Source: Acidimicrobiales bacterium
GTDB lineage: Bacteria > Actinomycetota > Acidimicrobiia > Acidimicrobiales > SZUA-35
Length of the DNA stretch: 64,000 bases
Assembly: GCA_041594435.1 (NCBI GenBank)
Contig: JBFHME010000001.1
Coordinates: 716-64,715 of the forward strand
Reading direction: 5' to 3'
Under the pieces are notes generated by a model, which ran no database searches, was not told the DNA's origin, and saw only the letters and a program-made list of their open reading frames with translations. The translations under genes and the position numbers were made by a program. Shown in pieces: positions 1-9,597 of the stretch; within the stretch, counting starts at the first letter, position 1; each line of letters starts with the position of its first letter.

Positions 1-1
1 C

Positions 2-1561
2 GACCTGGCCGAGTCGATCGAACGCCACGCGTACGGCCTCGACGAGAACCGCGCCGACGCCGTGGCCAAACGGCACGCCACCGGTCGGCGCACCGCCCGC
101 GAGAATCTGGCCGATCTCGTCGACGACGGATCCTTCACCGAATGGGGGCCACTGGTGGTGGCGGCTCAGCGACGACGTCGCAGCAAACAGGAACTGATCG
201 AGAAGACGCCCGGTGACGGTCTCATCGGTGGCATCGGCACGGTCAATGCGGACCTGTTCGGTGATGACGCCGCCACCACCAAGACCATGGTCGTTTCCTA
301 TGACTACATGGTCCTGGCCGGCACCCAGGGTCACAACAACCACCGCAAGAAGGACCGGCTGTTCGATCTGGCCGCCCGGCTCCGTACCCCGGCGGTGCTG
401 TTCGCCGAGGGCGGTGGCGGTCGCCCGGGCGACACGGACGGCACCGTTGTCGCCGGGCTCGACGGTCCCGCGTTCACCCGGTGGGCCCAACTGTCGGGGA
501 CGGTGCCGCTGATCGGCATCGTCGGCGGCTACTGCTTCGCCGGGAACGCCGCCCTCCTCGGCTGTTGCGACGTGATCATCGCCACCCGCCGGGCCAACAT
601 CGGGATGGGCGGCCCGGCGATGATCGAAGGGGGCGGCCTCGGCGTGTTCCATCCGACGGAGGTCGGGCCGACGGAGGTCCAGGCACCGAACGGCGTGATC
701 GACGTCCTCGTCGACGACGAAGCTGCCGCCGTGGCCGCGGCCAAGAGATACCTCTCATATTTTCAGGGTCGGCTCGAAACCTGGGAGGCTCACGACCAGC
801 GGCGGCTCCGCCATCTCGTTCCCGAGAACCGCCTGCGGGTCTACGACGTCCGGCAGGTCATCAACACCACGTTCGACGTCGACTCGGTGCTCGAGCTGCG
901 ACCCCGGTTCGGCCTCGGCATGATCACCGCCCTGGCCCGCATCGAGGGCCGCCCCGTGGGCGTCGTCGCCAACAACCCGTCGCACCTGGCCGGGGCGATC
1001 GACGCCGACGGCGCCGACAAGGCGTCACGGTTCATGCAGCTGTGCGACAGCTTCGGCCTGCCGATCGTCAGCTTCTGCGACACCCCTGGCATCATGGTCG
1101 GCCCGGAGGTGGAGAAGACTGCGCTGGTGCGCCATGCCAGCCGGATGTTCGTGACCGGCGCCAACCTCGACGTACCGCTCGGCACGATCGTGTTGCGCAA
1201 AGGCTACGGGCTCGGCGCCCAGGCCATGGCCGGTGGCGACTTCAAAGCGGGGGTGTTCACCGTGGGCTGGCCCACCAGCGAATTCGGCGGGATGGGACTC
1301 GAAGGCTTCGTGAAGCTCGGCTACCGCAACGAGCTCGCCTCCATCGACGATCCGGCCGAGCGGAGGGCCGAGTTCGAGGCCCGGGTGGCCAGACTCTACG
1401 AAGCGGGCAAGGGCGTGAGCCTGGCCGACCACTTCGAGATCGACGATGTCATCGACCCGCTCGACACCCGCCGCTGGATCATGATGATGGTGTCGACGGC
1501 CGAGCAGGCCGACCGCCGCGGTCGATCCGAACCGAGGCGCCCGAACATCGACACGTGGTAG
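2..1561 (+). CDS. Acyl-CoA carboxylase carboxyltransferase (beta-subunit family) protein, 5' end cut by window edge
   Basis: ORF 62..1561 stays open in frame back to nt 2 (DLAESIERHAYGLDENRADAV...). Carboxyltransferase signatures: GDGLIGGIGTVN, FAEGGGGRPGD, VGVVANNPSHLAGAIDADGADKASRFMQLCDSFGLPIVSFCDTPG. Confidence 0.88.
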   Translation, partial: DLAESIERHAYGLDENRADAVAKRHATGRRTARENLADLVDDGSFTEWGPLVVAAQRRRRSKQELIEKTPGDGLIGGIGTVNADLFGDDAATTKTMVVSYDYMVLAGTQGHNNHRKKDRLFDLAARLRTPAVLFAEGGGGRPGDTDGTVVAGLDGPAFTRWAQLSGTVPLIGIVGGYCFAGNAALLGCCDVIIATRRANIGMGGPAMIEGGGLGVFHPTEVGPTEVQAPNGVIDVLVDDEAAAVAAAKRYLSYFQGRLETWEAHDQRRLRHLVPENRLRVYDVRQVINTTFDVDSVLELRPRFGLGMITALARIEGRPVGVVANNPSHLAGAIDADGADKASRFMQLCDSFGLPIVSFCDTPGIMVGPEVEKTALVRHASRMFVTGANLDVPLGTIVLRKGYGLGAQAMAGGDFKAGVFTVGWPTSEFGGMGLEGFVKLGYRNELASIDDPAERRAEFEARVARLYEAGKGVSLADHFEIDDVIDPLDTRRWIMMMVSTAEQADRRGRSEPRRPNIDTW

Positions 1562-1607
1562 CACGGGCGGCGCTCGGTGGCGCCGCACGAGCCGACCCTT
1601 CCGCCCG

Positions 1608-3167
1608 CTAGGCCGGCGGTCGACCCGAGCCGGTGCGGACCAGTCGATCGAGCACGGGCTTGATGAGTTGGGTGGATGCGGTCTCGGCATGGCCCGCCTC
1701 GTGGCAGTCGAGGGCCGCCTCGACGAGGGCCGACGGATCGACCGGGGTCTCTCCCGGAGTGACGCCCATGTCGGCGGCGATATCGAGCAGCACGGCGACG
1801 GCTCGAGGGTCGAGGTGGGTGCCGGCGCCGTCGACGATGTGATCGAGCGCCCGGCTCGGTTCCCAGCCCGGCCGATAGGCCCGGTCGGTGACGAGGGCGT
1901 CCCAGACGTCGGCCACCGCGGTGATCCGCGCCAAGAGGGGGATCTCGTGCCCGCTGAGACCGTCGGGATAGCCGGTGCCGTCCATCCGTTCGTGGTGGTG
2001 ACGGATGATGGGGAGACACGGCTCGAGGACCCGGTGGGCCGACGCGATGTCACAGCCGATCTGGGGGTGGGTGTTGATGACCCTCCGCTCGTTCTCGTCG
2101 AGCCTGCCCGGTTTGTTGAGTATCCCGTCGGGGATCCCGAGCTTCCCGATGTCGTGGAGGTAGGCGCCCTGGGCGAGTGTGCGAAGGGCGCCGGCATCGA
2201 GACCCATGCGGACGCCAATGGCCACCGCCAGCGCCGCCGTGCGTGCGGAGTGGCCGGAGGTGTAGGCGTCCTTGACCTCGATGGCGTCGACCAGGCTGCG
2301 AAGCGCTTCCGGGTAGTTGGTGGCGATGAGAGCCATCGGGTCGTCCTCGAAGGCGTGTTCGAGCACGACGGCCGCGGTGTCGGCGGATCGACGGCGGGTG
2401 ATCACGGCGAAGGCGACCCCGGCGAACCCGGCGAGCAGGCAACCGTGGTAGTCCCACCAGGAGAGCCGCCACGGTTCACTGAAATACATGGAGACGAAGC
2501 CCACGGCGGTCATGGCGGCGGCGATGGCCAGCGATGCGTGCACGATGTCGAGACTCAAACGGAACCGTCGCCAGTGCGACCACGCCACCGGGAAGAGGAT
2601 GGCGATCGAACCGATCAGCACCACCCATTTCAGTGTCTCCTCGAACGGGAGCGCGGATTCGCCGCCGAGAATGGTCGGGTCGATGACCACCGCGGTGACC
2701 AGGATCACCAGCGGCAGGGTGATCGCCGCAAGCACGGAGCCGGCGTGTCGACCGAGGAGTCGGAGCGCCGGCTTCGACCCGAACGCCGATGCCGATCCCA
2801 GCAGAAGGCTGAACAGCGTGAGGGCCAGGTAGGGGAAACGGCCCACCCACTGGTTGACCGGTTGCCCCAGCGTGTCCGGGGTCGTGAGTCCGTGGCCGAG
2901 GAGCAGCAGCCCAACCGTGACGCAGGCGGCGGCCCTCAGGACGAGGCTGGGCTGACGGACCAGGGTGGACGCCCGGGCCACCAGCGCTGCGACGACCAGC
3001 GAGCAGATGGCGATGACGGACATCAGGATCACATGGATCGTCAACGCGAAGACCTCGACATCGAGCGTCGGCATCAGCCGCAACGCAGCCAGAATCATCA
3101 AGGGGGCGAGCAACAATCCCAGCAGAAGGCCGTGGCGGGTCAGCGTTCGAACAAGCGCATCGTGCAC
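1608..3167 (-). CDS. Polytopic-membrane HD-GYP domain protein (putative c-di-GMP phosphodiesterase)
   Basis: C-terminal HD-GYP motifs GHSARTA, YLHDIGKLGIP, RHHHERMDGTGYPDGL. The N-terminal ~270 aa is hydrophobic (about 8 TM). The track ORF runs to 3959 but would overlap the USP gene. Start placed at GTG 3167, preceded by GGAGA. Confidence 0.82.
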   Translation of the reverse strand: MHDALVRTLTRHGLLLGLLLAPLMILAALRLMPTLDVEVFALTIHVILMSVIAICSLVVAALVARASTLVRQPSLVLRAAACVTVGLLLLGHGLTTPDTLGQPVNQWVGRFPYLALTLFSLLLGSASAFGSKPALRLLGRHAGSVLAAITLPLVILVTAVVIDPTILGGESALPFEETLKWVVLIGSIAILFPVAWSHWRRFRLSLDIVHASLAIAAAMTAVGFVSMYFSEPWRLSWWDYHGCLLAGFAGVAFAVITRRRSADTAAVVLEHAFEDDPMALIATNYPEALRSLVDAIEVKDAYTSGHSARTAALAVAIGVRMGLDAGALRTLAQGAYLHDIGKLGIPDGILNKPGRLDENERRVINTHPQIGCDIASAHRVLEPCLPIIRHHHERMDGTGYPDGLSGHEIPLLARITAVADVWDALVTDRAYRPGWEPSRALDHIVDGAGTHLDPRAVAVLLDIAADMGVTPGETPVDPSALVEAALDCHEAGHAETASTQLIKPVLDRLVRTGSGRPPA

Positions 3168-3210
3168 GATTCTCCATCGGCGGGCGGCGCTTCGGGCTGA
3201 AGTGTCGCTC

Positions 3211-3225
3211 GGGACGTTGGGCTCT
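3211..3225 (+). promoter_or_regulatory. Candidate operator box f (GGGACGTTGGGCTCT)
   Basis: Lies in the divergent HD-GYP / USP intergenic region. Fits the recurrent GGGWC-N4-GNCYC-T pattern. Confidence 0.4.
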
Positions 3226-3284
3226 ACCGCCACCCCCCACCGGGGGGTTCGATAGAGACAGCACCCCTGACGAGGAGGAATCCC

Positions 3285-4151
3285 ATGCAACCCCACTCGA
3301 CCACAACCGCTCCGGCGCTGGACGGCGACCGGCCCATCACACGGATCGTGCTGCCGTCGGTCAGCGGCATGCCCTACGACCGCACGACGATGCTCGGCGT
3401 CCGGGTCGCCGAGTCCTGGGGTTGTGACGTCGAGCTGGTGCACGTCACCTCCTCGATCGCTTCGGTCGATCCGATGCTCGACCATCACGCCGACCAGGTC
3501 GCCACGACCCACCCCGAACTCGAAGTGCACGCCACCCATCTCTACGGAGACGATCCCGCCACCGCCATCGCCGATCACGTCGGCCCCGGGGCGCTGGTGG
3601 TCATGTCGACCGACCACATGGACGCGTGGCGGGTCAAGGACTCGGTCGCCGAGCGCATGCTGGATCGGATCGGAGGCCCCGTTCTGCTCCTCGGTCCGAA
3701 TGTGACCGCCGCCCGCATGCGGACAGGCGGCATCGATGGCGAAGTCGTCCTCGGAGTCGACGGATCGGCCGCCGCCGAGGCCGGTGTCGCTCCCGCGCTG
3801 GCACTGGCCAAGGCTCTCGGGCACCGGCTGTGGCTGGTACGGGTCGTCCCCGACCCGAAGCCGGGCGATCCAGCCCACCCCGAGATCGCGGCTCGTCTCC
3901 AGTCGCTGGCCGAGGCAGGCAGCGACGAGGTCGCCACCCGGTGGGAGGTGATCCAGCACAACGACCCGGCCGGGGCCCTCGATGCCTTCGCCGCTCGCCG
4001 TGACGCCGCCGTGGTGGTCATCAGCCGCCGCCGGCGGTCGGACGACGCCCGGCCGTCGATGGCCAGCACCGCAGCCGGGCTCGTGGCCAGGGCCGCTTGC
4101 CCCGTGCTCGTCCTGTCAGCGCCGGAGGTGCCGGCGGTCGAAGCGGGCTGA
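3285..4151 (+). CDS. Universal stress protein, tandem USP domains
   Basis: Two USP-like halves (IVLPSVSG...VVMSTDH...GPVLLLG and VVLGVDGSAAAE...VVVISRRRR...ACPVLVLS). GAGGAGGA RBS upstream of the ATG. Confidence 0.9.
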   Translation: MQPHSTTTAPALDGDRPITRIVLPSVSGMPYDRTTMLGVRVAESWGCDVELVHVTSSIASVDPMLDHHADQVATTHPELEVHATHLYGDDPATAIADHVGPGALVVMSTDHMDAWRVKDSVAERMLDRIGGPVLLLGPNVTAARMRTGGIDGEVVLGVDGSAAAEAGVAPALALAKALGHRLWLVRVVPDPKPGDPAHPEIAARLQSLAEAGSDEVATRWEVIQHNDPAGALDAFAARRDAAVVVISRRRRSDDARPSMASTAAGLVARAACPVLVLSAPEVPAVEAG

Positions 4152-4185
4152 GTCCTCCGTGGAGCGCGACCCGGGAACGTAGGGA

Positions 4186-5598
4186 GTGGTGATCGTGTCC
4201 GACCTTACGGTTCCGGTCTCGCCGGCGGCCGGTGCGCTGTGGCGACGCTGGGTCGGTGCCTTCGTGGTCGGTGAACTGATCGGCTTCGTCCCACCGGCGG
4301 TGACCGGTGCAGTGCTTGCCTCGCTCGACGCCCCCGACGTCGCCCTCGTGGTCGGGCTGACGGCGGCCGGTGCTGTCGAGGGCGCAGTGCTCGGCACCAC
4401 CCAGGCCCATGTGTTGGGGGGCCGCTGGCCGACGCTGCCGAAACGCCACTGGATTGTGGCCACGGCAGCGGCGGCCGGCCTGGCCTGGTTGGTCGGCATG
4501 GGCGGGTCGTCCCTGGCCTCGGGCGGCTACCTGTCGGCGGTCGGGGCTGCGATCCTGCTCGCCCCGTCCGCGGCCGTGGCGCTCGTTGCCATGGGGTTTC
4601 TCCAGTGGCGGGTGTTGCGAACCGTCGTCGGCGACTCCTTCCGGTGGGTGCCGGTGACAACGGGTGCCTGGCTCGTCGGGGTCATGATCCCGGTGGCCGC
4701 CCTGTCGCTGATTCCCGACGCGTGGCCGGTCGAGGCTCACGTGGTGGTGGCCGTCGTCTCGGCGGTCGCCATGGGCCTCGTCGTCGGCTCGATAACGGGC
4801 CTGACCCTGGAGACGCTGGCCGCCGAACCCGGGGTCGGGCTGGCCGGCGACCGTGCCGATGGCGTCCCGTCGGTGGCGCGCCGACTGGTGCTCGCCGTCC
4901 GATTCGCCCGGGCCGCGGTCTCCTGCTTCGTCGTCGTGAGCGTCATCGTGGGTTTGGCGGCTCTTCCCGCCACGACGTTCTACCGCTGGCACCTTGGGCT
5001 CGATCTCTCACCCGAACCACTCCGCCTGTTCCTGTTGTCGGCCGCCGTTCTCCCCGCCTATGTTCTGTTCGCACTGTCGTTCATGCTGCTGTCGGCCGAG
5101 GCCAGCCGGTTGCTTGGCTGGCGGCCACCCCGTCGAGCCGAACTGCGGATTGCCGATCTTCCACCCGAGCTGTTGGACTGGGCCCGATACGCCATCATGA
5201 ACCATCTGGTCCATGTTGTGGCCGGTATCGCGTTCCGTTCGACGCCGGTCTGGATCTGGTACATGCGGCGGAACGGGGCGCGGATCGGTCGCCACGTGTG
5301 GATCAACAGCCTGCAGGTGGGCGATGACTGCCTGCTCGAGTTCGGCGACGAGGTCGTCATCGGCGCCGGTGTCCACCTGTCGGCTCACACCGTCGAACGA
5401 GGCCACGTCCTGCTGGCCCCCGTGACGCTCGGTCCGGGAACCACCGTGGGTGTCGGCGCCCACATCGGAATCGGGGTCGAGACCGGCGAGGGCACGCAGG
5501 TCGGCTCGATGTCGGTCGTGCCCAAACACGCCCGCCTGGAGCCGCACACCACCTATGTCGGTATACCGGCCCGTCCACTACCGGCGGCCGAACGATGA
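4186..5598 (+). CDS. Membrane protein with C-terminal left-handed beta-helix (hexapeptide-repeat acyltransferase-like) domain
   Basis: The first ~330 aa are hydrophobic. The C terminus carries hexapeptide-like repeats (IGRHVWINSLQVGDDCLLEFGDEVVIGAGVHLSAHT...VGVGAHIGIGVETGEGTQVGSMSVV). GTG 4192 is an alternative start. Confidence 0.7.
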   Translation: MVIVSDLTVPVSPAAGALWRRWVGAFVVGELIGFVPPAVTGAVLASLDAPDVALVVGLTAAGAVEGAVLGTTQAHVLGGRWPTLPKRHWIVATAAAAGLAWLVGMGGSSLASGGYLSAVGAAILLAPSAAVALVAMGFLQWRVLRTVVGDSFRWVPVTTGAWLVGVMIPVAALSLIPDAWPVEAHVVVAVVSAVAMGLVVGSITGLTLETLAAEPGVGLAGDRADGVPSVARRLVLAVRFARAAVSCFVVVSVIVGLAALPATTFYRWHLGLDLSPEPLRLFLLSAAVLPAYVLFALSFMLLSAEASRLLGWRPPRRAELRIADLPPELLDWARYAIMNHLVHVVAGIAFRSTPVWIWYMRRNGARIGRHVWINSLQVGDDCLLEFGDEVVIGAGVHLSAHTVERGHVLLAPVTLGPGTTVGVGAHIGIGVETGEGTQVGSMSVVPKHARLEPHTTYVGIPARPLPAAER

Positions 5599-6353
5599 CC
5601 GGTTCCCACCCCGCCCACCTGCGCGATGTCTCGCCCAAAGGCGTCGACACCGTCGTGCTGGTACCCGGCCTCGACGGCACCGCCGAACTGTTCTACCGCC
5701 AGATCCCGCTGCTGGCCAGGCGATTCAATGTTGTGGCGTTCCCGTTGCCCGACCATCGCAACGCCACGATGGCGGATCTGGCCGACGAGCTGGCCGAACT
5801 CATCGAAGAGGTGAGCAGTGATGCCGCCCTCATGCTCGGGGAGTCATTCGGCGGCGCACTCAGCCTGCATGTCGCGCTCCGGCATCCCGAGGCCGTCAAG
5901 GGTCTCGTCATCGTCAACTCGTTTCCCTATCTCGACAACCGCCTCCAGCTACTGGCGGCCCCGCGCCTGCTCCGCCTCCTTCCGTGGGGGGCGATGCCGC
6001 TGGCCCGCCGGTTGACCGAGCACCGGATCCACAGTTCCCACGTCGGTGACGACGAGCTGAGGGAGTTCCGCCGCCGGACCAGGTCGATCGAGCGAACGGG
6101 CTACATCCGTCGCATGCAGATCCTGTTCGACCACGACGTTCGCGACGACCTCCAACGCATCACGGTGCCGACGTTGTTCCTGGCCGGCACCGAGGACCGT
6201 CTCGTGCCGTCGGCCCGCTGGGCCGCGTATATGGGCGAGCGCATGCCCGACGCCGAGGTGGTCCTCCTCGACGGCTACGGGCATTGCTGTCTGATCAACC
6301 ACGACCTCGACGTCGGCCGGATCGTGGCCGACTGGTGGGACCGCCGGAGCTGA
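5595..6353 (+). CDS. Alpha/beta hydrolase
   Basis: Nucleophile elbow GESFGG and typical fold order (VVLVPGLDG...; C-terminal GYGHCCLINH). The ATG overlaps the upstream stop (ATGA). Confidence 0.85.
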   Translation: MTGSHPAHLRDVSPKGVDTVVLVPGLDGTAELFYRQIPLLARRFNVVAFPLPDHRNATMADLADELAELIEEVSSDAALMLGESFGGALSLHVALRHPEAVKGLVIVNSFPYLDNRLQLLAAPRLLRLLPWGAMPLARRLTEHRIHSSHVGDDELREFRRRTRSIERTGYIRRMQILFDHDVRDDLQRITVPTLFLAGTEDRLVPSARWAAYMGERMPDAEVVLLDGYGHCCLINHDLDVGRIVADWWDRRS

Positions 6354-6398
6354 CCTTCGGCCCTGGTCGGGCCCGCCGTCTTCGACCAGTATCCACGT

Positions 6399-7082
6399 AT
6401 GGATCACAGCGAACGGGACGACCGTATCCGACGACAGGTCGCCGACGAGTTGGCCTGGGACTTCCTCATCGACGAATCGCAGATCGAGGTGGAGGTGACC
6501 GACGGCGTCGTCACCTTGGTCGGCACCGTCGGAAGCTATGCCGAGAAGATCGTGGCGCAACACGCGGCCGAGATGGTGGAGGGCGTTCACGACCTCGTCA
6601 ACTCGATCGACGTCAAACCGGCCGGTGAGCTGTATCCCACCGACGATGAACTCCTCGAGATCACCAAACAGGTTCTGACCTGGGATGCGCTGGTGCCCGA
6701 GCAGAATCTCACCGTCTCGGTGGTCGACGGTCTTGTGGCCTTGACCGGAACGTGCGCCACGAGGGCGCAGGCCCGTGAGGCGGAACGCGCCGTCAGCCAC
6801 CTGAGCGGTGTTCGGGCCGTACTCAACCGCATCCAGGTGACCCCGGCCGGCCCGACACCGGGCGACGTCCGTTCCGCGATCGAGGAGGCCCTGCGCCGTC
6901 GAGCCGCCCACCAGGCTTCACAGATCGATGTGATCGTCGACGGCAACCGGGTCACGCTTCGGGGGAAGGTGTCGTCGGCGCTCGAACGCCGGGCGGTGAT
7001 CGGTGCGGTGGGACACGCACCCGGGATCGCACGGGTGTGTGACGAACTCGAGCTCGTTGCCGAACGGGTGATCGACCGCTGA
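6399..7082 (+). CDS. BON domain protein (three BON repeats, OsmY-like)
   Basis: Three repeats of the pattern 'I.V.V.DGVVTL.G.V......A...A....GV..V.N.I.V'. Confidence 0.85.
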   Translation: MDHSERDDRIRRQVADELAWDFLIDESQIEVEVTDGVVTLVGTVGSYAEKIVAQHAAEMVEGVHDLVNSIDVKPAGELYPTDDELLEITKQVLTWDALVPEQNLTVSVVDGLVALTGTCATRAQAREAERAVSHLSGVRAVLNRIQVTPAGPTPGDVRSAIEEALRRRAAHQASQIDVIVDGNRVTLRGKVSSALERRAVIGAVGHAPGIARVCDELELVAERVIDR

Positions 7083-7088
7083 TCGGAT

Positions 7089-7553
7089 TCAGGGGGTGTC
7101 GTCGGTCTGGAGAAGGCGGAGCGGGGTGACAAGCACACCGATCGCCGATCCGAAGAGCCCGACCACGAGGATGAACCGGGCGACGAGATCCCAACGGAAC
7201 CCGTCCGGATCGAAGTCGAAGGGGAAGACGCTGAAGACCCGGAAGAGCGCGTAGAAGCCGATCGCGGTGACGATGCCTTCGATCAGCAGACCGATCCGTC
7301 GACCGGGGAACAGGATCCGCAGGACCAGACCGACAATGGTGGCGATGATGCTGACACTGATGGCACCGACGACACGGTCGTAGTCGTCGGTCAGAAACGG
7401 CAACAGCTCCCACTCGCCGAGATTGCGAACGACGGCGAGGAGAACGAGATTGATGGCGATGGCCACAAGGTGCCCGATCGACGCCACGATGCGTCCTCCG
7501 GTGTCGAACGAACCGGATCGATAGCGGCCATCGGCGTGGTGCTGCGCGGTCAT
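7089..7553 (-). CDS. Hypothetical integral membrane protein
   Basis: Four hydrophobic segments. The track ORF extends to a TTG at 7619, but I prefer ATG 7553 (MTAQHHADGR...). No family recognised. Confidence 0.55.
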   Translation of the reverse strand: MTAQHHADGRYRSGSFDTGGRIVASIGHLVAIAINLVLLAVVRNLGEWELLPFLTDDYDRVVGAISVSIIATIVGLVLRILFPGRRIGLLIEGIVTAIGFYALFRVFSVFPFDFDPDGFRWDLVARFILVVGLFGSAIGVLVTPLRLLQTDDTP

Positions 7554-7767
7554 CGGCTCATCACCCTCCCCGGCCGTCCCCGCCGGTCGCCGTTGCCGTC
7601 GACGTCGGAACCATTCCAACCTTCGAGCTCGGCCGCGATACCGAACCGGCAGACGTTGGCCAACGTCAGCTCGGTGCGGACGCCCGCCGCCGCTGGGAAG
7701 GCGGCTTGCTGCGGTTTGCGGGAGGTCCCCATGACTTCAGATTCGTTCACCATCGGTGAAGGGGAAA

Positions 7768-7782
7768 GGGTCCTACGTCCCT
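7768..7782 (+). promoter_or_regulatory. Candidate operator box a (GGGTCCTACGTCCCT; extended AAAGGGTCCTACGTCCCTTT)
   Basis: A 20-bp pseudo-palindrome about 90 nt upstream of USP ATG 7871. Resembles the DosR-type GGGAC-N4-GTCCC core. Confidence 0.5.
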
Positions 7783-7804
7783 TTTGGAGCGTGTCGATCA
7801 GCCG

Positions 7805-7819
7805 GGGACCTTCGACCCT
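7805..7819 (+). promoter_or_regulatory. Candidate operator box b (GGGACCTTCGACCCT)
   Basis: 51 nt upstream of USP ATG 7871. Nearly identical to box g at 20251-20265. Confidence 0.5.
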
Positions 7820-7870
7820 GGAGTGTTCGCCGCAGGTGGGGCACACTGGGAGAAACGAGAGGAGGCTTTC

Positions 7871-8686
7871 ATGTTTCACCGCCTACTCGTGCCGCTCGAC
7901 GGCACGCAGAGCGCGGCGGTCGCCCTACGAACCGCCGAGCGTTTGGCTGATCGTTGGGACGTCGACATCGCCGTCTTGACGGTGCTCAACAAAGAGAACG
8001 AGAAGCTCGGACTCGACCAGATCGTGGCTCGTCAGGTCGCCGGCATCGAACACGCCAGGGACATCGTCGTCAAACCGGGTTCGTACTCGATCGCAGACGA
8101 CATCACCGCGGCGTTCGACGAGGAGGATGACACCCTGTTGGTCATGAGCACCATGGCCCGGGGACGAGTTGCCGGTTTGGCAGCCAACGTCGCCGAGGAG
8201 GTGATGCGCCAGGTTCGGGAACCGACACTGCTCGTCGGCGCGGCGGTTGATCTGCCCGACAATTGGCCGACCGGCGATCTCATGATCTGCATCGACGGCT
8301 CGGACTTCGCCGACACGATCCTGCCGGTGGCCGCTCGCTGGTCGGACGCCCTGGATCTGAACCCGATGATCGTCGGGGTGATCGACCCGGCCAAGGTTCC
8401 CGCCGAGGTGCCGACCATCTATGAGAGAAACGCCGTGGCCCGGGCGGCGCACGATCTGCAGGACCTCACGGATCGGACCGTCAACTACGACACCCTCCAC
8501 GGCCCCGACCCGGCAAAGGCGATCGTTGACTACGCCCGCAAGACCAATGCCTCCCTGCTTGCGATGGCCACCCATATCCGTTCGGGCGTCGACCGTGTCC
8601 TTCACGACAGCGTCGCCATGGCGGTGGTGCGCAGCGCCACGTGCCCGGTTCTCGTGAACCGACCTCCGGTCGATCCCTCCAAGTAG
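7871..8686 (+). CDS. Universal stress protein, tandem USP domains
   Basis: MFHRLLVPLDGTQSAAVAL... and LMICIDGSDFAD...LLAMATHIRSGVDRVLHDSVAMAVVRSATCPVLV. ATG 7871 follows GAGGAGG, and the upstream part of the track ORF is discarded. Confidence 0.9.
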   Translation: MFHRLLVPLDGTQSAAVALRTAERLADRWDVDIAVLTVLNKENEKLGLDQIVARQVAGIEHARDIVVKPGSYSIADDITAAFDEEDDTLLVMSTMARGRVAGLAANVAEEVMRQVREPTLLVGAAVDLPDNWPTGDLMICIDGSDFADTILPVAARWSDALDLNPMIVGVIDPAKVPAEVPTIYERNAVARAAHDLQDLTDRTVNYDTLHGPDPAKAIVDYARKTNASLLAMATHIRSGVDRVLHDSVAMAVVRSATCPVLVNRPPVDPSK

Positions 8687-8696
8687 AGGAGTTGGG

Positions 8697-9596
8697 GTGA
8701 TGACCTCCACCAGCCGTCGGGCGAACGACAAGAGGTCGTGCGATGCTCGGCCGACCGGCATGGTGGTGGGCATCGACGGTTCCGGCCCCTCCCTCCATGC
8801 CCTTGAATGGGCGGTCGCCCGAACGGACCAATTCGGTCCGGTCCAACCGGTGATCGCCTGGCACCACCCCTGGTGGAGTTACATGGGACAGACCGTTCCG
8901 AGAGCCCGCCCGTTCGAGGACGCGGCTCGGGCGGAGATCGAACGGGCGATCAGCTCGGTTCGGTCGTCGATGATCGCCGAACCGATCGTGGTGCGAGCCC
9001 GGTCGGTGTCAGCCCTGATCGACGTCGGTGCATCGGCCGGTCTGATCGTGGTCGGGACTCGAGGTCGAAGCGGTCGTGCCGATGGACTCGTCGGATCGGT
9101 TGCCGCCGGCGTCGTGGCCCGGTCGCCGGTACCGGTCGCCGTCGTACCACCGTCGGCGCCGATCGATGATCGCCACCGGCGGGTCGTGGTCGGATTCGAC
9201 GGCTCGCCGAACTCGATTCGGGCCCTGCAATGGGCGGTCGACAACGTGCCCACCCCGTCGGTGATCGAGGCCGTCGAAGTGTGGGCTCCGGCTCCGCCGC
9301 TGCCGGGAGTGGCGTCTTCGCAGGACGCAACCGCGCAGGACGCCCACGCCCGGGCGCTTCTCGAGCGGACCCTGTCGGGCGTCGAGCGGCCAGAAGCGGG
9401 CGCAGCGACCGTGCAGGCCGACCTGGTCCACGGTGACCCCCGATCCGTGTTGCGGGAACGGTCGTCGGCGAGCGACCTGCTCGTGCTCGGAGCGCGCGGC
9501 CGAGGTGGGCTGGCCCACCTCCTCCTCGGCAGCGTTTCCACCGCCCTGGTTCACCACCCGAACGTGACAACCGTGGTCGTTCCCGCTCGTTCCTGA
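8697..9596 (+). CDS. Universal stress protein, tandem USP domains
   Basis: MVVGIDGSGPSLHALEWAV...LIVVGTRGRSG... and VVVGFDGSPNSIRALQWAV...LLVLGARGRGGLAHLLLGSVSTALVHH. GAGGAG RBS. Lies 10 nt after the preceding USP gene. Confidence 0.9.
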   Translation: MMTSTSRRANDKRSCDARPTGMVVGIDGSGPSLHALEWAVARTDQFGPVQPVIAWHHPWWSYMGQTVPRARPFEDAARAEIERAISSVRSSMIAEPIVVRARSVSALIDVGASAGLIVVGTRGRSGRADGLVGSVAAGVVARSPVPVAVVPPSAPIDDRHRRVVVGFDGSPNSIRALQWAVDNVPTPSVIEAVEVWAPAPPLPGVASSQDATAQDAHARALLERTLSGVERPEAGAATVQADLVHGDPRSVLRERSSASDLLVLGARGRGGLAHLLLGSVSTALVHHPNVTTVVVPARS

Positions 9597-9597
9597 G

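Noticed and set aside
3233-3262. tRNA-like T-loop string GGTTCGAT after the C6/G6 hairpin
   Set aside because: No acceptor stem, D-arm or anticodon arm can be drawn around it. It lies in the USP 5' leader. I found no tRNA, rRNA or other RNA gene in the window.
3168-3959. 5' extension of the HD-GYP ORF (track 1608..3959, 783 aa)
   Set aside because: The extra 264 codons are antisense to the tandem-USP gene at 3285..4151 and have no membrane or domain features. A GTG with a GGAGA RBS at 3167 gives a sensible 519-aa protein.
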